From positions 2,240,001 to 2,304,000 of the forward strand of contig CAVUDP010000002.1 of the NCBI GenBank assembly GCA_963740315.1: 64,000 nt of DNA, written 5' to 3'. Within the stretch, counting starts at the first letter, position 1, and each line of letters begins with the position of its first letter. Both the position numbers and the translations under genes were made by a program. Of this stretch, positions 42,545 to 51,327 are shown piece after piece. This stretch comes from an uncultured cyanobacterium. Its GTDB lineage: Bacteria; Cyanobacteriota; Cyanobacteriia; Cyanobacteriales; Nostocaceae. The notes below the pieces were generated by a model. The model saw only the letters and a program-made list of their open reading frames with translations, searched no databases and had not been told where the DNA came from.

Positions 42545-43585
42545 TCACTCTATCCACTCCAAAAACCGATTCCACGCCCACCACGGGTCTTTGTCTCCGT
42601 ATTCTTGCTGACACTGTTTGCTGCTTAAATAACCGACGTGACCGCCGTTGGGAGTTAACATTAAGTCTATGGCTGGATTTAGGGCGCAGGCTGTTTGTAA
42701 TTCTGGGGTGATGGCTGGTGCAAAAAATGGGTCGTCTGCGGCGTAAATTATTAAGGTTGGTTTGGTAAGCTTTGGTAGAAGAGGTAGGGCGTTGCTTGCT
42801 TGATAGTAAGCTTCTACTGAGGGGAAACCTAATTTTTCTATGACTAATTCGTTGTCAAATCCCCATATACTGTTTGCTCTTTCGATCGCGGCTGGATCTA
42901 AACTTCCTGGATGATTATTGTGAATTTTCCATGCCAATTTTTTCAATGCTTTGGCAATTCTTTGTTCTAAAAGTCTACCTGCTGGATAACTAGTTATATA
43001 TTTAAGGGAACGGTTGGAATCTAAGCTCGGACAAATAACCGCACCTCCACCAATATCGCTTTCTTTGATTCCTATTTCCTCAGCTTGAGTTAATTCTACA
43101 GCTGCTTTAATTGCCCACAATGCTAACTGCCCTCCCAATGAAAATCCTGTAAACCAAAATTTCGGGGGACATCCCATTGATAATGCTGCGGCGGCGATGC
43201 GAACGAAATCTTCTCCTTCGTACAAACCATCGCTGGTTAAGGTGGGGGATAATTCTGCTGTTTTACCGTGGGCACGCCAATCGAATAGTACTACCGCGTA
43301 ACCTTGAGCGTAAGCTTTGCGCCCTAAAATTTTCAGAAACCATTCTTCTTCTAAATCGCCAATAATGCCGTAAGTACCTATAATGGTGCCGCGAGGATTT
43401 TCCGGAATTGCGACTAAACCGAACAAAGGTACTCCTTGTGCGCCAGTAAAAACTTGTTCCTGATAACTAGGCTCTGGTAGGTTGAGAATAGTTTCCCAAT
43501 TCTTTTTTCCCCACAACGCTGCACGCACGGTCATTGACACGCCGTTTCGTAAAAACCAAGGTGGATTGTAGGTTGGGTTGGACAT
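42545..43585 (-). CDS. YheT-like alpha/beta hydrolase
   Basis: Nucleophile elbow GFSLGG, 'A.DDPF', 'GGHVGY'. Confidence 0.88.
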   Translation of the reverse strand: MSNPTYNPPWFLRNGVSMTVRAALWGKKNWETILNLPEPSYQEQVFTGAQGVPLFGLVAIPENPRGTIIGTYGIIGDLEEEWFLKILGRKAYAQGYAVVLFDWRAHGKTAELSPTLTSDGLYEGEDFVRIAAAALSMGCPPKFWFTGFSLGGQLALWAIKAAVELTQAEEIGIKESDIGGGAVICPSLDSNRSLKYITSYPAGRLLEQRIAKALKKLAWKIHNNHPGSLDPAAIERANSIWGFDNELVIEKLGFPSVEAYYQASNALPLLPKLTKPTLIIYAADDPFFAPAITPELQTACALNPAIDLMLTPNGGHVGYLSSKQCQQEYGDKDPWWAWNRFLEWIE

Positions 43586-43742
43586 TGTATAAGATATTCT
43601 GTCTAATTTGTAGTTTATTTAAGAATATTTTTATTTTAAGCTTTATGTTATATTTCAAATTTTTTTTATAATCGTTAAAGCAATCTTTGTATTTTCCAAA
43701 GATTTTTAACTTTTCTTAATACACAGTAACAATAATTTAATA

Positions 43743-44492
43743 ATGCCGAGAATTCTTGTCATAGATGACGATCCAGCAATTTCCGAGTTGGTAGCCGTTA
43801 ATTTAGAAATGGCTGGTTATGATGTTAGCCAAGCTGAAGATGGTATCAAAGGGCAAGCTTTAGCGCTCCAGCTACAGCCGGACTTAATTATGTTGGATTT
43901 GATGTTGCCCAGGGTTGATGGGTTTACTGTATGTCAGCGCTTGCGGAGAGATGACCGTACTTCTGATATTCCAGTATTAATGTTAACCGCTTTAAGTCAA
44001 ACTCAGGATAAAGTCGAAGGTTTTAATGCTGGTGCGGATGATTATTTAACAAAACCTTTTGAAGTAGAAGAAATGTTGGCGCGGGTGCGGGCGTTACTCC
44101 GACGTACCGATCGCATACCCCAAGCAGCAAAACACAGCGAAATTCTTAATTATGCCTCGCTAACTTTAGTTCCTGAAAGATTTGAAGCAATATGGTTTAC
44201 TCAAACTGTAAAGTTAACTCACTTGGAGTTTGAACTACTTCATTGTTTGCTGCAACGACACGGACAAACTGTTTCTCCCAGCGAAATACTTCGAGAAGTT
44301 TGGGGTTACGATCCCGATGATGATATTGAAACCATTCGCGTACATATCCGCCATTTAAGAACCAAATTAGAACCAGACCCACGCCATCCCCGCTATATCA
44401 AAACGGTATATGGTGCTGGATATTGTTTGGAATTACCTAGTAATCCTCCATCAACTGAAGAATTATCACCTACAGAAATTGGAACCAGCTGA
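43743..44492 (+). CDS. rpaA: OmpR-family response regulator RpaA (circadian output regulator)
   Basis: Near-canonical RpaA sequence '[23 protein letters not shown]...[21 protein letters not shown]', '[18 protein letters not shown]'. Confidence 0.93.
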   Translation: MPRILVIDDDPAISELVAVNLEMAGYDVSQAEDGIKGQALALQLQPDLIMLDLMLPRVDGFTVCQRLRRDDRTSDIPVLMLTALSQTQDKVEGFNAGADDYLTKPFEVEEMLARVRALLRRTDRIPQAAKHSEILNYASLTLVPERFEAIWFTQTVKLTHLEFELLHCLLQRHGQTVSPSEILREVWGYDPDDDIETIRVHIRHLRTKLEPDPRHPRYIKTVYGAGYCLELPSNPPSTEELSPTEIGTS

Positions 44493-44747
44493 GGTAACAT
44501 AGTTTTTCAAAAATTTTAAATAAATTTATTAAAAATCCCATGTCAATCCCCTTTGGTGAAATTGGGAAATTTTCACTATGGAATTTTAGATTTTAAATTT
44601 TAACAACGGATGCTTTTAACAACGGATGCGTTTTTTTTGTTTTGGATTTTAGATTAATTATTTTGGATTTTAGATTAATTATTTGAGATTTTAGATTTTA
44701 AGCTGTCACGCATTTAATTTGTAATTTTCAAGATCGCTTTCCGGCTT

Positions 44748-44991
44748 GCACTACAAGACTTTCATAAAATTTATTTTTCTAGCGAGCAAGATGCATGTCC
44801 TTCGGACAGACTTCGTTAACGCACTACAAGACTTTCATAAAATTTATTTTTCTAGCGAGTAAGATGCATGTCCTTCGGACAGACTTCGTTAACGCACTAC
44901 AAGACTTTCATAAAATTTATTTTTCTAGCGAGCAAGATGCATGTCCTTCGGACAGACTTCGTTAACGCACTACAAGACTTTCATAAAATTT
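44748..44991. repeat. 73-bp tandem repeat, 3 full copies plus a partial
   Basis: Units start at 44748, 44821, 44894 and 44967; near identical (one C/T difference seen). Confidence 0.93.
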
Positions 44992-45059
44992 AAATATACA
45001 AATTAAAAGGGTTTTAGCTTAAAAGTAGTCATAATAATTCTGTATGAGGCTCATATTAG

Positions 45060-45604
45060 GTAGTGCGAGCATCTTGCTCGCTTGAAATATATACCTGAGA
45101 TATTCGCTTGAAATATATACCTGAGATATTCGCTTGAGATATATACCTGAGATATTCGCTTGAAATATATACCTAAGATATTCGCTTGAGATATATACCT
45201 GAGATATTCGCTTGAAATATATACCTAAGATATTCGCTTGAGATATTCGCTTGAGATATATACCTGAGATATTCACTTGAAATATAAGTAGGTTGGCTCG
45301 AATAAACACAACTATGTAACGAAATGTAAAATACCCAAAACCCTTGCGATTGCTTCACTTCGCTCCGCTCGTTCGCAATGACATAGTTATAAATTTTCCC
45401 ACCTACCTACTTACGATCGCTTGAGATATTAGCTTGAAATATACGATCGCTTGAGATATACGATCGCTTGAAATATTCGCTTGAGATATTGGCTTGAATT
45501 AGCTTGAAATATTCGCTTGAAATATTCGCTTGAAATATATACCTAAGATATTCGCTTGAGATATTCGCTTGAAATATATAGCGAGCTATGAAGGCTCGCA
45601 CTAC
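45060..45604. repeat. 26-bp/13-bp tandem array bounded by inverted REP-like ends
   Basis: GCTTGA(A/G)ATATATACCT(G/A)AGATATTC units; ends GTAGTGCGAGCATCTTGCTCGC and GCGAGCTATGAAGGCTCGCACTAC. Confidence 0.9.
45285..45413. mobile_element. MITE-like insertion with TAAGTAGGT...ACCTACTTA TIRs interrupting the 26-bp array
   Basis: TIRs visible; array resumes after 45413. Confidence 0.7.
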
Positions 45605-45700
45605 CCCCGAAAGATAAATTATTTTTTGAATTATAATTCAAAATTCTCCCCCTCTCCCCCCTCTACCCCCTCTTCCCCCTCTTCCCCCTCTCTCCCATCC

Positions 45701-46558
45701 CTACTCCCTACCTATTGGAAAAAATTCCAACCGATATCTATATAGAGCTACAGGTTTATTAACTGCTTTAAAGTAATCTGGATCTTGAGATGAAAGATAT
45801 ACGGCAGTAACTTGATTCGCTTCAATCGTTGGATTTGATGCAACTGATGTAAATAATGGTCTATATGCCGTAGTTGATTCTACTGAATTGAGATAGGGAT
45901 GCGAACCACCTTTAAATAGCTGTTGAAATACTTCTGTTGTAATAAATCTACCGTCTGCGGTGGTTTCTGTAGCGCGAGTTTTGATGATGGTAACTAATTG
46001 GCGATCTCCTCGCAAAAATGTAATCTGACGGTTGGGAGAATCGGGATCTACTTTTACTGCTTTAACTACATCATCGCCTAAAATAGCTCGTGCTAAATTC
46101 AAACCGTTATATGCGCGATCGGCAATGATCTTTTTTTCTTCTGAATCAATAATAACTGGCACTTCTTGCCCCTTTAGCGGGGAGAGGGATGTGCGATAGT
46201 ACGGAGTGAATTTCGTTGGAACTGTGTTTGCCGATACAGCAAGAAGTGTTTGTTGATTTACAAATTTTACTTTAAAACTAACTGGTTGATTAAGATACTG
46301 ACGGTTACTTTCAAATCCCGGTGTGACAATATCTGGGGCTAAAGGCGCAACTAAATCTAATAAAATACTTTTTACTAACCATTCACCCTTTATCCATTCA
46401 GGATAAATTAAGTCTCCTACAGCAGGTTGTACGGAAGTTAATTTCTCCCATTGTGGAAATTTTTTTAATCTTTGATTTAATTGTCCAGCCCTAACGTTAC
46501 CGTCACCGCTACAGAAAAATATGAAAAAAATCAAGCAAAAAGTCGTTAGCAGCTTCAT
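45701..46558 (-). CDS. Conserved cyanobacterial hypothetical exported protein
   Basis: Signal-peptide-like N-terminus; 'DL.YP.W..G.W', 'IADRAYNG', 'PNRQ' and 'VALYRYRL' motifs. Confidence 0.75.
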   Translation of the reverse strand: MKLLTTFCLIFFIFFCSGDGNVRAGQLNQRLKKFPQWEKLTSVQPAVGDLIYPEWIKGEWLVKSILLDLVAPLAPDIVTPGFESNRQYLNQPVSFKVKFVNQQTLLAVSANTVPTKFTPYYRTSLSPLKGQEVPVIIDSEEKKIIADRAYNGLNLARAILGDDVVKAVKVDPDSPNRQITFLRGDRQLVTIIKTRATETTADGRFITTEVFQQLFKGGSHPYLNSVESTTAYRPLFTSVASNPTIEANQVTAVYLSSQDPDYFKAVNKPVALYRYRLEFFPIGRE

Positions 46559-47110
46559 AGTAAGCGTTTCAAAAATATGTTACGAAGTGTGAATTATTAT
46601 TTGATTGATGACTCATTCAATCAAACAATTTGTTGCAATTTATTCATCAAAGTTTACTTTATCATCAAGAATCTCAATATAAACATGGCTTTATGTAGAG
46701 GTAATGAAACAAACAATAGTAATTACAAAAGTGGGATGAATTTTTTATCGAAAATAGCACACATTAATAGGCATTCAGGTAATATTACCGAAAGAGAATA
46801 AGTATTTATTGCAGTAATCATATATATATAATTTGAAATAAGTCAACTAAAACACATTCACTACTGACTTATATTGAGACTAACTATGTGGCTTCATCTA
46901 AGTAAAAACGCGTAAAAAGCGTAATTACTGAAATTGTATGCAATTATCTTTGCAACTATTGAGGCTGCAAAGCTAGTACTATACTTTTGAAGCGATAGTT
47001 AAGCGCAATAAACATTAAGTCATTAGTTGTAAAAAATACTTTTAGATGAAATGTAATTGGGGTGCCTGCCTAGTAAAAAAATATCAATTATTGAAAATAA
47101 TTAAACGATT

Positions 47111-47992
47111 ATGAGTCTTAGCAGTTCTTTTACAGATTTTTCCTTGGCTGAATTATTTCAACTTATCGATCAAGGACGTAAATCTGGTTGTTTAAATGTA
47201 TGTACTTTGCCAGATATTAATGCTCCTCAATCTAAAGCAAAATACTTTTATATTTGGTTTAGAAGCGGGCGTATTGTCGCCGCCGCAAATCGCTTAAATG
47301 GTAAAGGTTTAGTTTCTAAAATTGCTCAAAGAAATTGGGCAGAACCGCAGATTTTAGAAAATATTTACAAGAATGCAACTAAAACTACACCTCTTGGTTT
47401 GCAATTAAAAACTCAAGATATATTAAGTGCCGAACAACTAAACTTATTGTTTGCCAGTCAACTACAGCAAGTTAGACAATTATTTGAAATTCAAAAAGGT
47501 GTATTTAAATTAGATTCCAAAGCCCAACCTCCAATGGCTGAAATGACAGGATTAAGCTTGAGGGCTACGGAAGTAACTTTAATGGCTTTAAGAGTATTGA
47601 AAAATTGGAAAGTACTTGAAAGTGCGCTTCCCAGTGTAGAATCCGGTATCCGAAATATTACCCAAAATCAACCGCAAATTCGCTTGAATGCTTTTGAATG
47701 GCAGATGTGGGAATTTGCTTCGGGTGATGTTTCTATAAATAATATTGCCGCTCAACTTAATCAACCAACCATCAAGATTCAGCAAGCAGCTTTCCGATTA
47801 ATGCTTGTAGGTTTGATAGAAGAAGTACCATCAATAACATCTAATTCTCATTCATACCATTATGATATGGATTTAACTTGGGTAAATAAATACGGTTCGC
47901 GAGCAGCTAAAAAACATCAAGAATCGCAAACACCCAAAGTTAGTGATTCGTTGCTGTCCAATCTTGTTGGGTATTTAAGGAGCAAAGCTTAA
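47111..47992 (+). CDS. DUF4388/PATAN-like domain protein
   Basis: 'FTDFSLAELFQLIDQGRKSGCL', 'YIWFRSGRIVAA', 'G.F.LD'; HTH-like C-terminal part and terminal amphipathic helix. Confidence 0.8.
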   Translation: MSLSSSFTDFSLAELFQLIDQGRKSGCLNVCTLPDINAPQSKAKYFYIWFRSGRIVAAANRLNGKGLVSKIAQRNWAEPQILENIYKNATKTTPLGLQLKTQDILSAEQLNLLFASQLQQVRQLFEIQKGVFKLDSKAQPPMAEMTGLSLRATEVTLMALRVLKNWKVLESALPSVESGIRNITQNQPQIRLNAFEWQMWEFASGDVSINNIAAQLNQPTIKIQQAAFRLMLVGLIEEVPSITSNSHSYHYDMDLTWVNKYGSRAAKKHQESQTPKVSDSLLSNLVGYLRSKA

Positions 47993-48531
47993 TGACATCA
48001 GAAATTCTTCGTATTGTAGTTACAGGAGGTGTAGGGGCAGGAAAAACCACATTTATTCAGACAATCAGTGAAATTGATGTTGTTGATACCGATAAAAGAG
48101 CAACCGATGAGTTAGCCGAATTAAAGGAAAAAACCACAGTCGCTTTAGACTTTGGAAAATTAACGATCGCATCCAATCAATCATTACATTTATACGGAAC
48201 TCCCGGACAAAGCCGATTCGATTTTATGTGGGACATTTTGATTGAAAAAGCCCACGCTTACATTCTTTTAATAGATGCACATCGTCCAAATCAATTCCGT
48301 CAAGCCCGCAAAATGCTTAACTACATGAACAATCAAGCATTTATTCCGGCGATGATAGGAATAACTCATACAGATTTCGCCGATGCTTGGGAAATAGAAG
48401 ATATAGCCTTAGCTTTAGGATTTCAAGACGAAACTGATTCACCCCCCTTAATGGCTGTCAACCCCAACCAGCGCGAATCTGTACATCAAGCATTAATTGC
48501 GATCGTCGAACAATTAGCATCCAGTTATTAA
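47992..48531 (+). CDS. MglA-like small Ras-superfamily GTPase (ATP/GTP-binding protein)
   Basis: G1 GGVGAGKTT, G2 TTVALDFG, G3 YGTPGQSRF.FMW, atypical G4 THTD; TAATG overlap with the upstream gene. Confidence 0.9.
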   Translation: MTSEILRIVVTGGVGAGKTTFIQTISEIDVVDTDKRATDELAELKEKTTVALDFGKLTIASNQSLHLYGTPGQSRFDFMWDILIEKAHAYILLIDAHRPNQFRQARKMLNYMNNQAFIPAMIGITHTDFADAWEIEDIALALGFQDETDSPPLMAVNPNQRESVHQALIAIVEQLASSY

Positions 48532-48781
48532 GGAGAGGGGGAGATGGGGGGATGGGGGGATGGGGGGATGGGGAGAGGGGGAAGAAATTATTCGCTTTAA
48601 CATGCAGACCTTTAACACATGCCCAATATCTTACTTGTAAAACATAAGGTATAAATAATTTTTTCTTATCCTTAAATTAACCTTTTTCGTTTTAAAATTT
48701 ACCAAGTCTTGAGGTATAGCGTTTATTGGTGACAAAAAATGTGATTTAAACCTCAAGATAGCGCTCAGGAGTCAGTAACTA

Positions 48782-49369
48782 ATGCCTCTGGGTAAAATTC
48801 TCAAGCTTCTAAAAGGAGTATTTCAAAATCTTCCTGCGGAGTCAGTATCTTCGGAGTTGTCAGAAACGGAAAGTTCTCTGTTAGCTGCAAGTGATGAAAA
48901 TACTGATTTATCGTCAGAAAATGTTAGCGAAATTACATTACCGCAGTCAACTGCGGAAATTACTCAAACACCTTTACCAACAATTTTGGAGGAAAAAAAA
49001 ATGATTAACGTTTCCATGCTGCAAGACGAATTGCAAAATTTTGTCAGCGCTGCTTCTGATGTCCAAGGCGCTGCTTTAGTTAGTCCTGATGGTTTGGCTT
49101 TGGCTTCGGTTCTACCCGGAGGAATGGATGAAGAACGTACTGCTGCAATGTCTGCATCCATGCTTTCTTTAGGAGAACGTATTGGTCGGGAATTAGCTCG
49201 TGGAAGCATCGATAGGATTGTTGTCGAAGGCGAAAAAGGCTATGGCGTGTTGGTTGGTTGTGGTAGCGATGCTGTTTTATTGGTTTTAGCTGGTGCTGGC
49301 GTTAAGCAAGGTTTATTGTTTTTAGAAGTCAAGCGAGTTGTAGCTAAAATCGCGCCGTTGATGGCTTGA
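48782..49369 (+). CDS. Roadblock/LC7 (MglB-like) protein; alternative in-frame start at 49001
   Basis: 'GAALVSPDGL.LAS', 'AAMSASMLSLGERI..EL.RG', 'V.GEKGY'; RBS-like sequences before both ATGs. Confidence 0.9.
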   Translation: MPLGKILKLLKGVFQNLPAESVSSELSETESSLLAASDENTDLSSENVSEITLPQSTAEITQTPLPTILEEKKMINVSMLQDELQNFVSAASDVQGAALVSPDGLALASVLPGGMDEERTAAMSASMLSLGERIGRELARGSIDRIVVEGEKGYGVLVGCGSDAVLLVLAGAGVKQGLLFLEVKRVVAKIAPLMA

Positions 49370-49506
49370 GTGCTAAGGCAATATAGTCCTTATAGTCCTT
49401 ATATGGATGTTTGGATTGACGATTTTAAATCTTAATTCCAGTCCAATTCTGACACATGGCTTTGATTCTCAAACAAAAATAATTCAACTAAAAGAAATTT
49501 AAATTT

Positions 49507-49965
49507 ATGTTACGTTCAACATTAGGAAATTTCAGCAGCATTGTTTGTTTCAAAGCTGCAATTGTAGGAATGGAAGATGCTTTGGGAGAGAAAGCAACTG
49601 CGATCGCACTAATAGCAGCAGGTCGTCAGCGTGGTAAAAGTCTTGCTAAAGAATTGGGTTTGGAAGGATTAGCGTCTTTAGAGGATGTAGCGACAAAATT
49701 AAGCTTTGCTTTAGGGGAAGAAGGCACAAAATTATGTATTGTAGAAAGTATTTCCGAGGAAGGAGGTGTAATTAAAGTTTATACTTCAGAAACTTTGTGT
49801 TCTGCTGGTGAGGAAGAAGGTTCGCCTCGCAAATGTACTTATACGATGGGTGCTGTTTGGGGTGCTTTAGAGCAAACTTTAGGCAAACGCTTCCAAGGAA
49901 AACACACCGAATCCGTGCTTCGCGGCGGTAAAAATGATGTGTTTGAGTTTGTCGAATTTAAATAA
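49507..49965 (+). CDS. V4R (hydrocarbon/small-ligand binding) domain protein
   Basis: 'AGRQRGK', 'ET.CS......P..C.YT.GAV.GALE...G.......E....G...D.FEF' V4R-like pattern. Confidence 0.75.
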   Translation: MLRSTLGNFSSIVCFKAAIVGMEDALGEKATAIALIAAGRQRGKSLAKELGLEGLASLEDVATKLSFALGEEGTKLCIVESISEEGGVIKVYTSETLCSAGEEEGSPRKCTYTMGAVWGALEQTLGKRFQGKHTESVLRGGKNDVFEFVEFK

Positions 49966-50011
49966 GTTAATACTGCGATCGGCAAACCCGGTTTCCATAA
50001 ACGTATTTAAA

Positions 50012-50165
50012 CTAGTATTCCTTTTCATTAGTTTTGACGGGCAATAAGGTTCGTAGTAAGGGCTGTACTCCCTTGCATGGGAGGTAACGAATCCTCAGAG
50101 CCGGAGAGTTAAAACTCTTACTACGAACCTTTCTACCCGTCGGAATTAGTGAAAAGGATCGCTAG
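50012..50165. mobile_element. CTAG-flanked MITE (same family as 10947-11181 and 34906-35030)
   Basis: CTAGTATTCCTTTTCATTAGTTTTGACGGG ... CCCGTCGGAATTAGTGAAAAGGATCGCTAG with internal AGGTTCGTAGTAAG...CTTACTACGAACCT. Confidence 0.7.
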
Positions 50166-50314
50166 TCATCTAGGCAGAAACCGGACTTCTTTGTATTTTC
50201 GATCGCCAATTGTAGCAAATCGACTTGACTTGTTTGGAGGATTAAGTAATAAAAAGACTTGATATAGCTGATACTTTCCACTAATTTTTTGATTAATAAT
50301 AGGAGTTTCTTGGA

Positions 50315-50869
50315 ATGACTATAGATCCACAAGCCTTTATGTCTACTTTGGAAAAGCGCGTTTGTTTAACAGCAGAAGATAAAGCGCTACTTCAAGCTGA
50401 AGTAGATTGGGGAAAAGAAATTGCTCCAGAAATGGCAGAGCATTTCTATGCTTATTTGGGGCGCGATGAAGAAATGAATTCGATTTTAACTGCTACAGAA
50501 GGACGCATTCATCGGTTGCGAGAAACATTTATTGAATGGTTCCACGAGATGTTTTCAGGTATGGATGATTGGGGTAAAGACTATGCCGATCGCCGTTGGA
50601 AAATAGGTTTAGTTCACGTTCGTATCGGTATCGGACCTCAGCACGTTGTGCCTGCGATGGCAACCGTAATTAGAGAAGCGGGTCAGCGTGCGAAAAAAGA
50701 CAGCAAAAGCGAAGAAATTAAAGATGCCTTGGGGCGTATTTGCATGATTGACTTAGCTTTTATCGAACAGGCTTATGTAGAAGTATCTTCAGAAGCTGTT
50801 TTAAGAGAAACTGGTTGGAGTGAAGGTTTATTCAGGCGTTTAATTGCTACTGGCGCTAATGCTATGTAA
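50315..50869 (+). CDS. Stand-alone protoglobin / globin-coupled-sensor globin domain
   Basis: 'LT.ED..LL', 'HFYAYL', 'L..TF..WF..MF.G', 'Y..RR.KIGLVHVRIGI' with candidate proximal His; AGGAG RBS. Confidence 0.85.
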   Translation: MTIDPQAFMSTLEKRVCLTAEDKALLQAEVDWGKEIAPEMAEHFYAYLGRDEEMNSILTATEGRIHRLRETFIEWFHEMFSGMDDWGKDYADRRWKIGLVHVRIGIGPQHVVPAMATVIREAGQRAKKDSKSEEIKDALGRICMIDLAFIEQAYVEVSSEAVLRETGWSEGLFRRLIATGANAM

Positions 50870-51050
50870 TCGGAATTGTTTCATCTAGGGGTAATTGCAT
50901 TGAGCCATTTAATATGTTCCAAACCTTTGTGAATACTCCTAAAGAAATAATTATTGAAATAATTAATTTTTGAAATTATTTTCCGGTTTCTTTAAAATCC
51001 TTTGTTTCCCTGACTTTTGCGTCTTTTTGAAGTCAGGGATTTATCATTCT

Positions 51051-51115
51051 GTATTAAAGTTTACTATATAACTGTATAGCCCAATACTTTTATTTCAAAT
51101 TTAGTTAATTATACT
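51051..51115 (+). promoter_or_regulatory. Tandem NtcA-like boxes plus a -10 element at canonical spacing
   Basis: GTA-TTAAAGTT-TAC (51051-51064) and GTA-TAGCCCAA-TAC (51074-51087), then 22 nt, then TATACT (51110-51115). Confidence 0.55.
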
Positions 51116-51327
51116 GAACGCATAAAACTGGTAAAATCGGTGTTTCTACTAAAGCGATTATAAAGCTTTAATAATAAGATTTGTCACCGCATGATTTGTA
51201 AAGATTATGGAGGTAGTATTTCTCACTGTTGTTAAATAAAGCGTCCGGTTGTTTGTGAATTTTTTTTTGATAATTTACATAGTCGATTTAGGTCTGCTTA
51301 TACTTGTGTGCAGGGAATTTTTAGCGT

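Noticed and set aside
44748..44991. CRISPR array (73-bp period)
   Set aside because: Whole units are near-identical, so there are no unique spacers; no cas genes in the window
45080..45600. CRISPR array, iterons, or ORFs 45019-45309, 45173-45358 and 45407-45601
   Set aside because: Contiguous tandem units without spacers; no rep gene nearby; the ORFs are translations of the repeat
46577..46801. 74-aa ORF upstream of the GTPase module
   Set aside because: Very AT-rich, no RBS or motif; probably divergent promoter DNA
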